The notes below the pieces were generated by a model. It ran no database searches, was not told the origin of the DNA, and saw only the letters and a program-made list of their open reading frames with translations. DNA of 64,000 bases from Vermamoeba vermiformis (lineage: Eukaryota): contig JBEWZL010000184.1 in the NCBI GenBank assembly GCA_045837725.1, positions 372,001-436,000 on the forward strand. Reading direction: 5' to 3'. Below, piece after piece: positions 1-14,910 of this stretch; the first letter of the stretch is position 1, and each line of letters begins with the position of its first letter. Position numbers and translations under genes: made by a program.

Positions 1-1416
1 CAAGGTCTGTTCTTTGACGTACCATCGATCGGCACTCATAATCTATTACCATATTTAGCAACGTCTTTAGGAACGTCTGTCAAGCGCAAACTTACGTCAA
101 AACCGGTGAGTCGCTCGGTAACTTCGAGCATTTTGTTAAAGTTCTCTTGCAAGGCCGTTGATTTGTTAATGCTGTCAGCCACGTGCTTGACTTTTTCGAT
201 CGTAGCTTCAATCTCAGGATAATCTGGGTGCGTCTTGGGTGTGTTTCTGAGAATTTCCTAACGGGCAAGTTGCGAGGTCAGTACTGCTAAGAAGAATAAC
301 CATATATGGCTCATATTCTATATATAGTATGTGCCCGACACCTACTTGGAATAGCAGTGGGTATTTGCATAATCGTTGCACAGGCTTGATCAGATAATCT
401 TTCAAAAATAGACCGTTGACTTCAGGCAATGCTGATTGTTTCTAACAATAGTAATAGCGGATTAATACGTTGTACTATTAACATAACCTTATTTGGAATC
501 GATTGTACGTACCTCTAAGAACTGGCCGAATTCACGATATTTCTTTGCGCATCGAATTACTGAGTCGACTGCATTTTTGTGGTTTTGACAGTAAATAGTG
601 TACATCTTTAAGAAATCGGCCTAGTATAAATATTATTAATAAATAACTCGCGGTTTGAGGAAAGATTTTGTTTTGAGGATCTGCTGATCAGGACAGTTTA
701 CCAATCGATAAAAGACTGTGCCGACGCGTGAAGCACCAGCCAACTCTCCTCGTCCTAAGGACTTGCGTAGTGCTATATATAACTTCTCGTTGAATCCAAG
801 AATAGCCTCGACGTTCTAATATTTTGAGGTTAATTTCCGTCAGTTAAGATATTACTAGATTTTTCAAGATTCATCAAATATAGCGGTCTTATTTGCTCGA
901 AATCGTATAAAAATAATAATCATTCGTATTTACCGAGAAAATATTGTTGATTTCATCGGGTGGAATGAGTTGGTCGTTGTCTTCAATGGATTTACGAACT
1001 GGAGTCAAGAAAGTCTAGGAGAAGGGTTAATAAATGCGTGTTATATGTATTTATGATCATATTATGCGATTAAGTGTTGCGAATTGGCCATCAATTTAGA
1101 AGCAATTTAAAAATTGACGCAACAAAATGAATTTCATGAAGTCGCTTAGATCCGCTAAGATACTTACAGCAACGAGTGTTTTCAAGTCATTGACATAGCC
1201 CCACTCGGTAGCTAATAACTCTTGAATAATTTGAAATCGTTTTTCATACATTTTCTGATCCTCGGGAGTGCAGTTTTGCAAAAGTCGTTCAAGCTCTTCT
1301 TGCACGAGTTGAGACTCCGTCTTCGCTCCATCAGGTAGAGGAGCCCCAATAGTAGGTGCTGCGGGAATAGGGGTCGATAATTCTTCCGCTGATAATGATT
1401 TTGGTTCGTCTGCCAT
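1..1416 (-). CDS. RhoGEF (DH, probably DH-PH) protein, multi-exon, 3' end runs off the window
   Basis: DH motifs across GT-AG exons: IIQELLATEWGYVNDL, FLKMYTIYCQNH, LKDYLIKPVQRLCKYPLL. ATG at 1416. Confidence 0.9.
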
Positions 1417-2231
1417 CTCGTTTTGATCGGATCCTGAGTGCTGTTCTGGAAGCAATTTCGAAATTTAATAATTGTAAAATTTATACTATTATCGTATATA
1501 TTTATAATAACGAAGTAACGACTGCTTAATACTGTGCTAAATAAAGTACAGCAATTTGGAATTTAGATCTTGATTGTGTATCAGTCAAGTGCATTTAAAT
1601 TTGTTATATATGATAATACATGTTCATAACATGTATAATTTAAGAATAGCTCTGTCTACTGAATGATTAGGGTCAACATCCAAATATTTAAATTTCTAAT
1701 TTCGTCTGGTAAAATTCCATTTGCACAAAATTAATCAGAAAAAATCCTAAAATCAATACTCTAATATGAATTTACAAGTTATTTCCTTTACGTGTGTACT
1801 TACTGAATGCGGTTAATTAACGGTAGCAAAATCCAAACAATTATTCCTCAGACAACAGAGCCAGTCGACAGTACAATAAACCCGTCTAAAATAATACGGA
1901 GGGTTATGTTCTTCAGGTCCTTCTCGAATGTAATTGACCGAGGGAACGGTGAAATTGTTTTATCTCCCGCGCGAGATTATTCAAGACGAATAAAATTTAA
2001 CTTGTCGTACAGCACCTCATCAATCAAGTGCCTTGACAGGCACAAAAGGCAAGAGTATAAACATATATTGATATGATAGAGTTGGGAGGATTCCGCTCAG
2101 GGCTTGTTACGAAACTAAATTTGATCGGACACGGAGTGCGAAAATTTTTATTACGGCAATATTAGACCACAAATAGTATATTTGCTTATTAGTTGTAGTT
2201 TATATACCTGCATTTGACCGTACGTGCTAAG

Positions 2232-2849
2232 ATGGAAGAATACACAGATCCAAAAGACAAAAAATCAATAGAGAAATATTGGTACGCCTTACGAGCTTAT
2301 ATTAAGGCTAAATAATTGCCTTTATTTCATATTTCGTGTAAATGAGTAAATTTGTTCGATACAAACCGGATCTAAGTCGTGGAAAATTAGGTGCTCGGAA
2401 TGTAAAAACAGCAAAATTGTACCAACAATACCCATGTATGCACCTTATACCATTAAGGTATACCTTAAAATATTACAATTAACCGCAATTTTCTAATTTT
2501 TTTGTTGATATTTTTTAGGGACTTCAACCAGATGTAACGTATTATTATTGCACGTGCGGTCGTAGTAAAGGACAACCGTGGTGCGACCATGCGTGCGATA
2601 GCCATGTTGACGAAGAAGGCATTCCTTACTTCAGGCCTTTGCCCTTCAAACTGAAAAAGGTACGCAGATCCGTCCTTGAGTCTCCGCTCTAATCTCCTGA
2701 TTACATTTCAGCCACAATCCATTCATTTGATTTGCGGGTGTAGATATTCAAGCCACGTACCGTTCTGCGACGGCACGCACGGCATTATGGAACCGAATCC
2801 AACTAAGCCACCGTGTCAATGCGAAAAATCCAAAGACTTAGAGTGGTAA
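2232..2849 (+). CDS. Tandem CDGSH iron-sulfur domain protein (CISD3/MiNT-like), 4 exons
   Basis: Spliced translation gives YYCTCGRSKGQPWCDHAC and ICGCRYSSHVPFCDGTH. Absent from the ORF track because the exons are short. Confidence 0.85.
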
Positions 2850-3027
2850 AATGTATTATATATCGATATCTTCGCTTCTTTTGTAAATACAACGCTGATT
2901 TGATTCGATAAAGTTTTATTTTTGGATTTCGATCGATCTTTGTCGCGTTGAATTCTACAAATACATGATGATTATAATACACTATATAACAAATCTACTC
3001 TAATGTTGTACAATGGAATTTCTAAAA

Positions 3028-4720
3028 TTACATAGTTGAGTGCACGGAGGTTTCGGGGCTTGCAACAGAAGAATTGCTGTGCACGTCGGTACATCCGCCG
3101 CAATACCACTGACCTAATTTCATCGATTAGTCTCATCGTTTGGATATAATGTATGGGTATCGGGTACTAACCTTCAGGAAGTGTTTGCAAAGGATTCTCT
3201 AAACAGAAGCAGTGGAAAGCGCGGTCACATCCGTCGCAGATCAGCGTTTGTTGGTCGTTGTTAGAGCTATTGCAGATTTCACAAAGCTTGCACTCTACGC
3301 ATCGCCATTTGTGAGGATCAATGTTTTTGATGGTCTGAATAATATATTAGTTAGCGGATTATTTCGTGATTTACTACGCTTGGATCCAACTGTTCCAAAA
3401 ATAGCAAAAAGTAGGAAATTAATTACGCAACGTACCTCACACGAGATATTTACACAAGTCGGATGCATAGCGTTGCAGCATTTATTGCAGATAAGCAGCG
3501 GTTCTTCCTGGCGAGCTAAATTGCAACATTGGTTAGTGCGGGCAAAGAATTTACGCGTTTCCCAACAGAAAGGGTGGATCTGTAATCCAGCGGAATGGAC
3601 TATTATAGCAATTATTTAGGCCGCGCAATACTTACTATCCGAGGATCTTCTACTGCGCAGGTTGATCTTTTCTTTTCTTGATTGCGATTGAGAAAGTCCG
3701 TCTTTGTACTTTTCAATGCTCATTCCTTGCTTTTGGCAGTGCAAGCAGACGGTATTGCTGTTCTTTCTGCGCATTTTCTTCAACTGAAAATAGAACTTGG
3801 TTAGTCAAGCTAAACTGGGCAATAAATCGAATATAAAAGAAGCAAATTTATAGATTATCGATGTAACGACGTGTACACGTCGTGGTATCTAATCTACGCA
3901 CAGAAATCTCTTTTGTTAGGAAATTTAGATGTGCACGCCACAATAACAGCAACTTTAATTGTGTATGTGTTGTTTATGTATAAAGATACTTACGAAGTAG
4001 GTGCTTCCAACGTCGTTGTCGTCACATTTTCTTTTCTTTTGTTCAATCATCCGTTTCAGAAGTCGACGACGGGCATTGATAAACCTATTGTGCGTTAATT
4101 AATCTCCGTAAACTAACACGGTAATATAACACGTACCAATTGTTAATCTTGGAGAGGTCTAGACGTGTTTTAATGGCTAATTCTGTCTTCACTTCGTCGG
4201 AGGGGTACGGATTTGTTGCATTTTCATACAACCAAGCCTAAAAGTAGCATTCATGAATAAAAAATATCATATTAATGTTCCGTCGGGTGTTGATTACCTT
4301 TAGAATCATCGTCGACTGCTTTGGCAATGATCTGGTTGGGGTATTGGCGTTTTTGTCCTCGGTTTTAATGTAATCAAACGGATTTGGTTCTTCCTTGATC
4401 GTGGCAACTACCATTGGCTCTTGTTTAACCTCTACATATTGTTGAGGACGAGGCACGGCGACTTCCATGTGGTCTGAGCTTTCCTCATCCAAAACGAGTT
4501 GCAGGTCTAGCGGTGTCGACGGGACTTCTTGGACGGCAGGTGCTGGTTGCGGCATGTGATGGTAGACCGGCTGACCAAATACGTTGTGCATCACGTAGCC
4601 TTGAAACTGCGGCAGGTGAGCGAGATCAACATAGTTGGCCTCGGGGTGGTATACAGCTGCGTGATACTGTTGCATATGCTCGTAGTCGTTGATTATGTAT
4701 GAGGTCTCGTTGTTATACAT
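3028..4720 (-). CDS. TALE-class homeodomain plus double PHD finger (DPF) protein; start may lie further upstream
   Basis: LKAWLYENATNPYPSDEVKTELAIKTRLDLSKINNWFINARRR, then CLHC...EEPLLICNKCCNAMHPTC...WRCVECKLCEIC...LICDGCDRAFHCFCL...GQWYCGGC. Exons join in frame. Confidence 0.85.
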
Positions 4721-5863
4721 AGCTGGCTGGTTGTTCTAATGGAGTCAATTTCAAAAATAAAAATAATTAGTTTCGAGCACGTCATGTCATGTCAAAAAAG
4801 TCCGTGGGAATGGATGTGAATAGAGCTGGAAGGGGACAAGACCAAATATCGGAAACATTAACGAGATTATGATCACAATATTGGCGCGGTCAAATTGGCG
4901 ATAATAGCTGAATTTTTTCGAGTGTTTGTGTTCCACGCGAATCCAGTTCTTCATGCCTTTTATAGACACACAGAACCAGCAAGAATTATTTTTTATCACT
5001 TATTGTACCGTATTTATATGAGAAATGGTTATTATGTATAAATTTCGCCCCTCCAGGTTTTTATAACTTTGTTTTTGCAATGAAAAGTAGATGCCGAGAT
5101 GACACCGTTAAAATTAATCATATAATTACCTTGTTGTCTACAGGCGCCGAATAATTGTTGGTTTCGATGGTTCTGCTGGCTTGTAACATGTAATTGAACG
5201 TTCTTAAGTGCGACATCTCTTGCAACGTTGGTCTTGTTCTACCTCGTTTATATTGATTATCCTTGTTGCGTTCCACGTTTGCAAACAGCTGTGGTATACT
5301 AGCTTTACGGGAGATATTAATTAAAGGAATATTGGTGGGGTATATTTGCTTCGTTGAGATGGAGCTTTTCGTTCTTATCTTCTCTATTGCCTGCCGTCGC
5401 AAATTTGAATCTTGGTGTTGTAGTTTACCTCCTACTAGTCGAGTTTGAATTGACAGTGACGAAATTGAAAAGAAAAAGGCACAAAGAGGGCACAACGTCA
5501 AGATCTGACAAGCGAGCTGAAATCTCGGTGTGGTGCAGGAGTTTGTTTCGGGCGTGGTCCGTTTAATTTAACTAAAATGGCGCGACCTACACAAAGGGTG
5601 AATCACGGCGAAATTAACAGCATGGTGCATATGCTATGATTTTACTGTTTCGAAATTTATCGGCAAAAAGAAGATGCGGATTTCATCGAGCTCGAAGAAC
5701 GATTAGCTTCTATCGAAAAAGGTATTTATTCTTTCCGTTATCGATTTTAGCAAAATTGGTGCCTTATCATGGTTGCAAATCCCTTACGGCTTTGGTAACG
5801 AAAACAAATCCGTTCGGGACATGCGTGACCGTAATTAGGCAATAATAAATAGATATTTTGTAT

Positions 5864-7196
5864 TTACTTGGTCTTCTTCTTAGCAGCAACGCCATTGGCA
5901 GTGATACCATTGTCCTTGCCCTTTTCAGCGACACGGATACCGTTAGCAGATGCGCGCATAGACTGGATGGTCAAAGCCAAAGGAATGAACAACCAAGGCC
6001 AGTTAGAGCCCAAGTAGATCCAGTAGTACAAGAAAGTAGAGCCGTCCAAGTTGGGGCTACCTATAAACGTAAATCGCGTTTAGAGACGGAGTAAGCATTG
6101 CAAAAAAAAAATTCTGATCCCGCGCATCCGCATTGCGGTGTACGCAAGCCAACAGGGAGTATACAGTCGCGCCTTCATGCAAACAAATACATACCATAGA
6201 TCCATTCAGGAGCGAAAGTCATGTACAGACCGTACAATTCACCAACGCAGATCCTGGTTGGGCCAGAGATTAGACGTGACAACGTTAATACGGAGAAGAC
6301 GGCTCAAAACGGCCGGTATAGGACCGTGAGCGATAGTATCGTCGATTGGTACTTACAAGAATTGGATAGGATGTCTCCAAGGAGATTTCTTGAGGATCTG
6401 ATCGGCAACGGAGAACGCGGATTAGATACGTTCCGAAACAGTTACAGAGTTAACAACAAGCACTTACCAAGTACAAAATGAACCAGCAGAGAGGAGCTTC
6501 CATACCGACAGTAGCGCTAATTAAGCGATTGATTAGTATTTTGAAAAATCGTAACGGTCAAATAACTTTCGGGTCATTCATGATCCCACGGTTCGGTGAA
6601 CTTACACTTCCATACTGACAATACCAGGGTCGCTGTACAACCATCTGAAGTCAGACTTGCCATATTCAGTCCCTACGCAAATGATAGAAGGTTACATCTG
6701 GTCAGTAACAACAGTTTTTACGACGGATCTTGCCCGTTAGCAAGCCCGACAATTTTTATCGTGACAATACTCGCTAAAAATAATTACAAAAAATATGGAA
6801 TAATTATAATGATCATTGGTGAGTAATTTCGGATTTGAGATCACGCGATCCGTCAATTAAAAAAATCTTCTAAAAATGTTTGTACTTACAGACGCAAGTC
6901 ATAGCGCGAGGAAGGTCCGAAGTGGCAACACCACCAGTATAACGACCACGAAGAGAGGCAATCACGAAAGGTCCCTCGAAGAAGGTGTGGATACCTGCAT
7001 CGAACGCGAACCACCAGAAAATGAGGCGCTCGAGGAAGCGCAACTTGCGTGCAAATAAGAGAGTAAGGATAGTAGCTAAAAGGGCGACGCCAAAGAACTC
7101 GGCAATAGCGCACTGCATATTGTCAAAGTTCGGCTCGAACTTCTTAGCTGTATAAGTGAAGGGGATTTCGGGCACGGGACCAAAGTTATCCGACAT
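5864..7196 (-). CDS. Emopamil-binding-protein family (EXPERA; sterol isomerase/EBP-like) membrane protein, 6 exons
   Basis: WFAFDAGIHTFFEGPF, WTEYGKSDFRWLYSDP, VGELYGLYMTF, YYWIYLGSNWPWLFIP; C-terminal KKKTK ER-retention-like signal. Confidence 0.9.
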
Positions 7197-7380
7197 GGTT
7201 GATTGATATGTGCTCCTTTTGTTCGGTCAAACAAACAAAATCCCGTTCAATTCCTTTTTTTGTATTTTTCAGATGCGGCAGAATTTTTGGCCGAGATTTT
7301 TTGAACAGGGAAACTGACCCTCGGTACATTTTTATGACAATTTAACATAAATATATAAGCGAGGATATAACGAGAGGCCC

Positions 7381-10265
7381 ATGTCGAGCCTTCCTTCAAA
7401 CAAAAAGAGCTATGTAAGCGGACAGAATATTTTACCCCTGTGGAATTATCGAATTAATTAATACTCGTTTAGTTGCTTAGCTCTGAGGCTTGGGATATGC
7501 CCGACAGAGAGGGATATCTACAAAAGAAAGGTAGGAATGCTCAAATTTCTATTTTGCGCTTGGAATTTACGAACGGCTAAATCCAGATGGACAACGTTTT
7601 AATTGCTTCTCTGCTTTATTTTAGGCCATGTTCGAAGGAATTGGAAGTGGCGATGGTTCAGATTAAAAGGGCAGAACTTATTTTATTTTAGAAATAAGAC
7701 AGTAAGTCCTCGGCGAAATTGAAATCTGGATGTTGGTACAACAAATTTCGTTGCTCCAATTTTAGTTTAAATTAGTACCTCCATTCAAGTGTCCATATCA
7801 TTCGTCGTTATTGCTGCGAAATAATATTTAATATTTTGTAACGGTACATTTTTTTTCGGATTAGGAAAAGCGCCCCATAGCTGTAATCAGGCTCCATAAT
7901 TATACTATTCAGCTCGCAGCGAATACAGATAAACCGCACTCTTTTTCATTGAATACTAAGCCGAGTGTTAAAGAGCCCAAGAATTTCTTGATCTGTACGT
8001 TGGATGAAGAAGATAGAGAGGTAAGAAATAAATAATAGACTCGCGAATTTGTTGCATAACCACGCTATTATAGGAGTGGATGAAAGCTATTTCAGCAGCT
8101 ATTAAGTCAGATTCACGAGGACCTTCTAGCTCGTCGGGGAGTCCCGCGATCTACAATACGTTACGTTCTAAAGTAGGTACGCCACCTACGACTAGCAAAG
8201 CAGGAGGTCTGGCAAATTCAGGAGATTTATCAAACTCGGGAGACATTACTCCGAGTTCAGTCTCGAACGGATCTTCCCCGCTACTTATACGAACGAAAAC
8301 GCAATGGGAGAAGCGAACTCCAACTTCATTAGGCTCATCGCCGGTTATGGACAGCGCGATGAACAGCTTCCAACTTAAGGAGTCACAGGCCTTTATGAAC
8401 TTTGAAGAGAGTGACGATAGTTCCAGCGAAGGCGGGCTCAGTTGGCCCGAGGACAATCCCATAGAAAACAAGTCTTTTAAGCGATACGGATCACTTAGTG
8501 CACCAAACACGCCTACTACCAGTCCTGTTGGGTCGCCGAGGACGAACAATAACAACAATACTATGACGGGTTCGTTCTCTGCTGGTGTGCACCGTACTTT
8601 TAACGAAGAACAGAAGAAGGATCTGGCTAAAGAAGAGGGCACAGAAGAGATTGTAAAGAAGCTAAGAGGTACTTAGATAGCGTTTGAGTATATGAGTGCA
8701 AGATTAACGTATTTGTAGCGTTGTTAATATTGCCTGAAGATCCGCTCAAAATTTTCGATGTACAGTCAAAAGCAATCGGCAAAGGGTACGTTAAGGTGTT
8801 ATATAATGCATAACTAATCAATCAACCGCAGTGCTGTCGGAGAAGTGTTTTTCGCAACAAAAATTGATACTGGTCAACGAGTAGCGATTAAAAAGCTGCA
8901 AATTATGCGCAAAGGCAAGAACAGATTGTTTGTCATTTTGAACGAGGTGAACGTACTGGCACAATCACAGCACCCGAATATTATTCAATACGTTGGTACT
9001 TACGAATGCGGCGAAGAGCTGTGGGTACGTACACGATTTTGTACAAAATTCGGGATCTGGATCCCCACGCTATGAAGAGATACCGATCGTTGGCAAATGC
9101 TAATATTTGTACTATGTAAGGTTGCCATGGAATATATGGCCGGAGGTAGTTTATACGATATTGTCAAAGAATACGAGAAGATCAAGCTGAAAGAGGAGCA
9201 CATTGCTTACGTGCTGAAAGAGGTATTCAAACAACATGCTACTTACCTGACTTATAGTCTAATGCGTCATTGCTAGACTTGCAGTGGCTTGGCCTACATC
9301 CACGCCATGAAACGACTCCACCGCGATCTGAAAGTAGACAACGTGTTGCTGGGAAGACACGGCGAAATCAAATTAGGTAAAAATAGCAATTAAGTAATGG
9401 ATTTAATGATATTACAGGAGAATTACCGATTGTTGCTTTTGCTAATTTTGATTCGATTTCGCATTTGAGATCTCAAATGATTAATTAATCCATATTTAGC
9501 CGATTTCGGGGCTGCCGTTCAATTGACTTTTGACCGAATGAAGCGGAATACTATTGCTGGCACACCTTATTATATGGCTCCTGAGGTTATTCAGTACGTA
9601 GCTAAAAGTATTTCTAGTTTTTAGTACGAAAGTATTGAATTGCTATTTAGGGGTCAAGAATACGATGAACTCATTGATGTATGGTCGCTAGGCATTATGG
9701 GTGTAGAAATGGCTGGTAAGTCCGGATCTTTTGCCTTTTTAGGCAAATTCTAAATTTTTGTTTCTTTACTAAAGACGGCCAACCGCCATACTATGAGCTC
9801 GCACCAGACGAGGTAAGCATTTATATAATCATATTTAGATCGTTCTTAAATGTTTTCCGACTAATAATTCTTTTGAGGCTTTGGATGCGATAGCTAAATT
9901 TGGAGTCCCGGGTTTGACAAGTAATCGTCATTCACCCGAGTTCATAGATTTCATCAATAAGAGGTGCTTGCAATATAATTCAGCTTCTAGATTAACGACA
10001 AGTGAGCTATTAAAGGTACGTAACCCCAAATCCAAAAATCTTTTCGATTTCAACGAACAGAGCACATTTGAAGATTTATATAAGTAGATTTCCGGCGTTA
10101 GTTAAATTATATTCGATTCGGAATGATGTTAATTATGCTTTAACTTTTCAGCATCCGTTCTTGAAGAAGGCATGTACTGCTAAAGAATTCATCCAGTTTT
10201 TGAAAGGAAGCCATAGTCTAGGCAATTTTGATACCGATTCGGAAGGAAGTTGTATTATATTATAA
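7381..10265 (+). CDS. PH-domain STE20/PAK-like Ser/Thr kinase with C-terminal CaaX (CIIL)
   Basis: [22 protein letters not shown]. Kinase: [39 protein letters not shown]. Last exon ends SCIIL-stop. Confidence 0.9.
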
Positions 10266-10373
10266 TTTAATAACGAAATATTTTCTATCCACGTAATACT
10301 AATAAAACTAAAAGAGTCAAAAAAAAAAGCTTACGTATATTTATCAGCGAGGCAAATTGATCAAAATGTTGAT

Positions 10374-11340
10374 TTAAATCTTGGAGATGAGCAGAGGGTC
10401 TTCTCTTGTTTGCTTGAAAAAGTTTTGAACTTCTTTGAAGTGGATGTGCTTCGCGTCTTCTAACAACTCGAAAATAATTGATTCGCTAGTCGAGACAACG
10501 GCGCCTGCTTGTCTCATTCGCTACATATATTCATTAATAATAGCATGAAATGAGCAAATAGTTAATTGTACGTACTTCGAAGGCAGTTGCTCGATCGAAT
10601 TGTCGCTGGCTGCTTACGCCATCGGCAGCAAGATACACATTATAGTCCCGCTCTATGAACGATGTCAGTATGCTGTAGGTGCATAGTACAACATATTATA
10701 ACATACCTCGTAAGCCTAACACCGTTTGTTGTACGCAGACATGAGCCTAAAGTGCGTGGTCAGCCAAGGACAAAAACGTTTTTCTGCGAATTTGTACCTC
10801 AATACCGAACAGCACGACGTTCTTAATGTTATTTCTACGCTTCATCTCGGCATCCAGCTCGTCAGTAAGCATAGAGAACTTCGTCTTTTCAACTTTGAAC
10901 GCGTTTGAGATGTCGATCTCGGGGACTGTCAATGCGATTAATTACGCGTAAAATAAATAATAATTATCATACCTGTCTTGCCAAGTGCTTTTGGATTCTG
11001 TTCAGAGACGAATACAGGAATATTGAGTACCTTGGCGCTACCAACCTTTGTTGTGCATTAGATTGTAATGGATGTATTTATATTATGTTACCATAATTTT
11101 AGCGACTTGAATAACGGATGGCATAGCGGTAATAACGCTTCGGAATCTATTTTCAAATTAAATCAGAAATAATTCAATAAAATATTCTGTAGTATCCTGA
11201 CATTGTATGAATGCGCCCTCAATGCTCCATATACACGAGAAATAATTTTAAAAATGATTAAACACCTACCTCTCTTGGATGTCGCAGAGGAAGAAAACAG
11301 TATTGTCAGCTCTCAACTTGTTAACAACCCTCGATGCCAT
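10374..11340 (-). CDS. Isochorismatase-domain protein (ISOC1/ISOC2-like)
   Basis: FFLCDIQERFR, SEQNPKALGKTVPEI, KTKFSM, VVLFGIEAHVCVQQT, ADGVSSQR, TSESIIFELL. Confidence 0.92.
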
Positions 11341-11564
11341 TTTGACGCGAGAATGGATAATATTTGTCGACAATCTTATGTTAAGCTACAAATCAAGCAA
11401 TAAGATCTAACAAGAAGGAAGGCGTTTTTGGTTTGACCGTCAAAAGAAATTTCAAACGAGTTCGAGAAATAAGCTATTTATAGTCTAATTACAATATAGC
11501 GATACATACAAAAGGTTTGTACACAGAAGCGTGGCGCTTCGAATGAGGACTGGTCGGATCCTAC

Positions 11565-12067
11565 TCACTCTTCGAATTTGATTTTCTTCGCGACGTTTTC
11601 TTCGGCGGCTGAGGCTTCGTCTTGGATTGCGTCGAACTTTCTTTTTTGCTTGATGATCGCAACTTCCTCGAGGGAGGAATCACCCTCGTTCGGCGTTTCC
11701 TCACTAACTAGGTTTATAAAATGGATCAAATCCGAAATTCTAAATTAAGAAATGCCGTACCTTCAGCTGATGGCGCTTGCTTCTCTGAATCGGTCGCGTT
11801 CTCTTCGGCAGGCTGTTGCATCTCTTCCTGCTTGGTCTCGACGGTTGCATCTACTTCGATCGAGGTCGGTTCGTCGCTTGGCTTGGCCTCTTCGGTGACG
11901 GCATCGGCAGCAGGTTCGATGGGAGCATCACAGGCACCGGTAATAGCGGTCTCAACGGCCGAGGAATCAGGCTTGGCTTCGAGGCTTGGATCAGGAGCAG
12001 TGCAGGGCATGACGGCTTCTCCTTCAGCGGCGACTTGTTGCAGATCTTGTTGTTGAATGACTTCCAT
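11565..12067 (-). CDS. Small acidic disordered protein with basic C-terminal NLS-like motifs, 2 exons
   Basis: E/A/D-rich ORF; intron near 11709-11760; ends KQKRKF...AKKIKFEE-stop. Confidence 0.7.
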
Positions 12068-12139
12068 CGTTAATGTAGTATTAGTAGTGTTGTATTGTAG
12101 CAAGTAGCGAGTACAAATGAGTAATTCTGCGTCGTTCTA

Positions 12140-12420
12140 AGCGCTATTTATGTCTTCCAACTCCAGTACGCTATCACGTGCCACGCTTGAATCTGATTGG
12201 TCGAGTAAAGACTGACCAATCCGAGAAGACTACGCCTTACGGCGATTGGCTCGCCAAATTTCTGGTTTCAGAGTTGACCAATCGCAGCAGTTCCCGCGCG
12301 AACTTCAAACTGAGATTGAAGGCGCTGAAATAGCATCGGAACTGCGTTAAGGCCGCATGAGGCGATCAGTCCAATAGCAATCAAGCCTAAACGACTTAAA
12401 ATATGCATAAGATTGGTTGA
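12140..12420 (-). promoter_or_regulatory. Promoter with clustered CCAAT boxes, E2F-like and CHR-like sites and a TATA-like box
   Basis: CCAAT/ATTGG at about 12196, 12216, 12245, 12278, 12371, 12411; TTCCCGCGCGAA at 12291; TTTGAA on minus at about 12304; ATAAATAG on minus at about 12145. Confidence 0.55.
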
Positions 12421-13057
12421 GGACTTGAGCGGCATACTCGCAGCGCGATGAAGATCTGATCGAGGCAATTTCGGTTAATTGAGTCCTAAGCAATTCGATA
12501 TTAGTAAATATGCGATTCTTAGATGGCGTTAAGATTATTTATACCTACATTATAGTCTTTGGTGGCTTCAAAAGTCTTGGGCAAGCGGATGAGGATCCAG
12601 TACGATCAACTTGTCCATTCTTATTTTTCGCAACAAATAGTAATCGAGAATAATAATAGTTTGATGTATTTTTGTTACTATAGAGGCAACTATTTGCTCG
12701 TCAGGCGAGGTTTAAACCAAATTAAATCCGAAAATATTAATTTAAAAATAGATAGAAAATCTGAGGCGGGTTTAGGTTACATAAATATTAAAAAGGTGAA
12801 CATGTTCATATATTATTAGTCCTCTGAAGGAAAAATAAGATTCTCTAATGGAAAACTAACTTCGGATGGGCCACTTAACTTACCACGTTTAGCAAAAGCT
12901 TTGCTTGATCATTACAAATAGACAAATGCGACTGATATTTATGACTGATCGTATATTGTTGCTAAGATGGGGCTAATAGCTAAAATAATTTTTACTGCTC
13001 TTTCGATCCTCCCGCCCAACCAAACACAACAAACAGGCGGTATTATACTCATATAAT

Positions 13058-14734
<1,677 letters not shown>

Positions 14735-14910
14735 ACATATAATTTTGTAAATTTAACCTGATCCGGTTGTACTAACGTTGCACATCCAGTTCCGGCCTAA
14801 AAATCTGCGCCGAATGCTTGATCGCAACTGAAAAATAGAAGTATGTATGAACCGGCACAGTATATGAGTTTATTATATGTATCTAAGTCATCTCTATAAC
14901 TTTAGAGTTC

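Noticed and set aside
1807-2076. Short intergenic ORFs (also 5118-5845, 12268-12819, 32622-32963)
   Set aside because: No domain, codon or splice support; likely promoter or UTR sequence.
5445-5515. TGACAG TALE-type sites upstream of the homeobox gene
   Set aside because: Hexamer matches are expected by chance.
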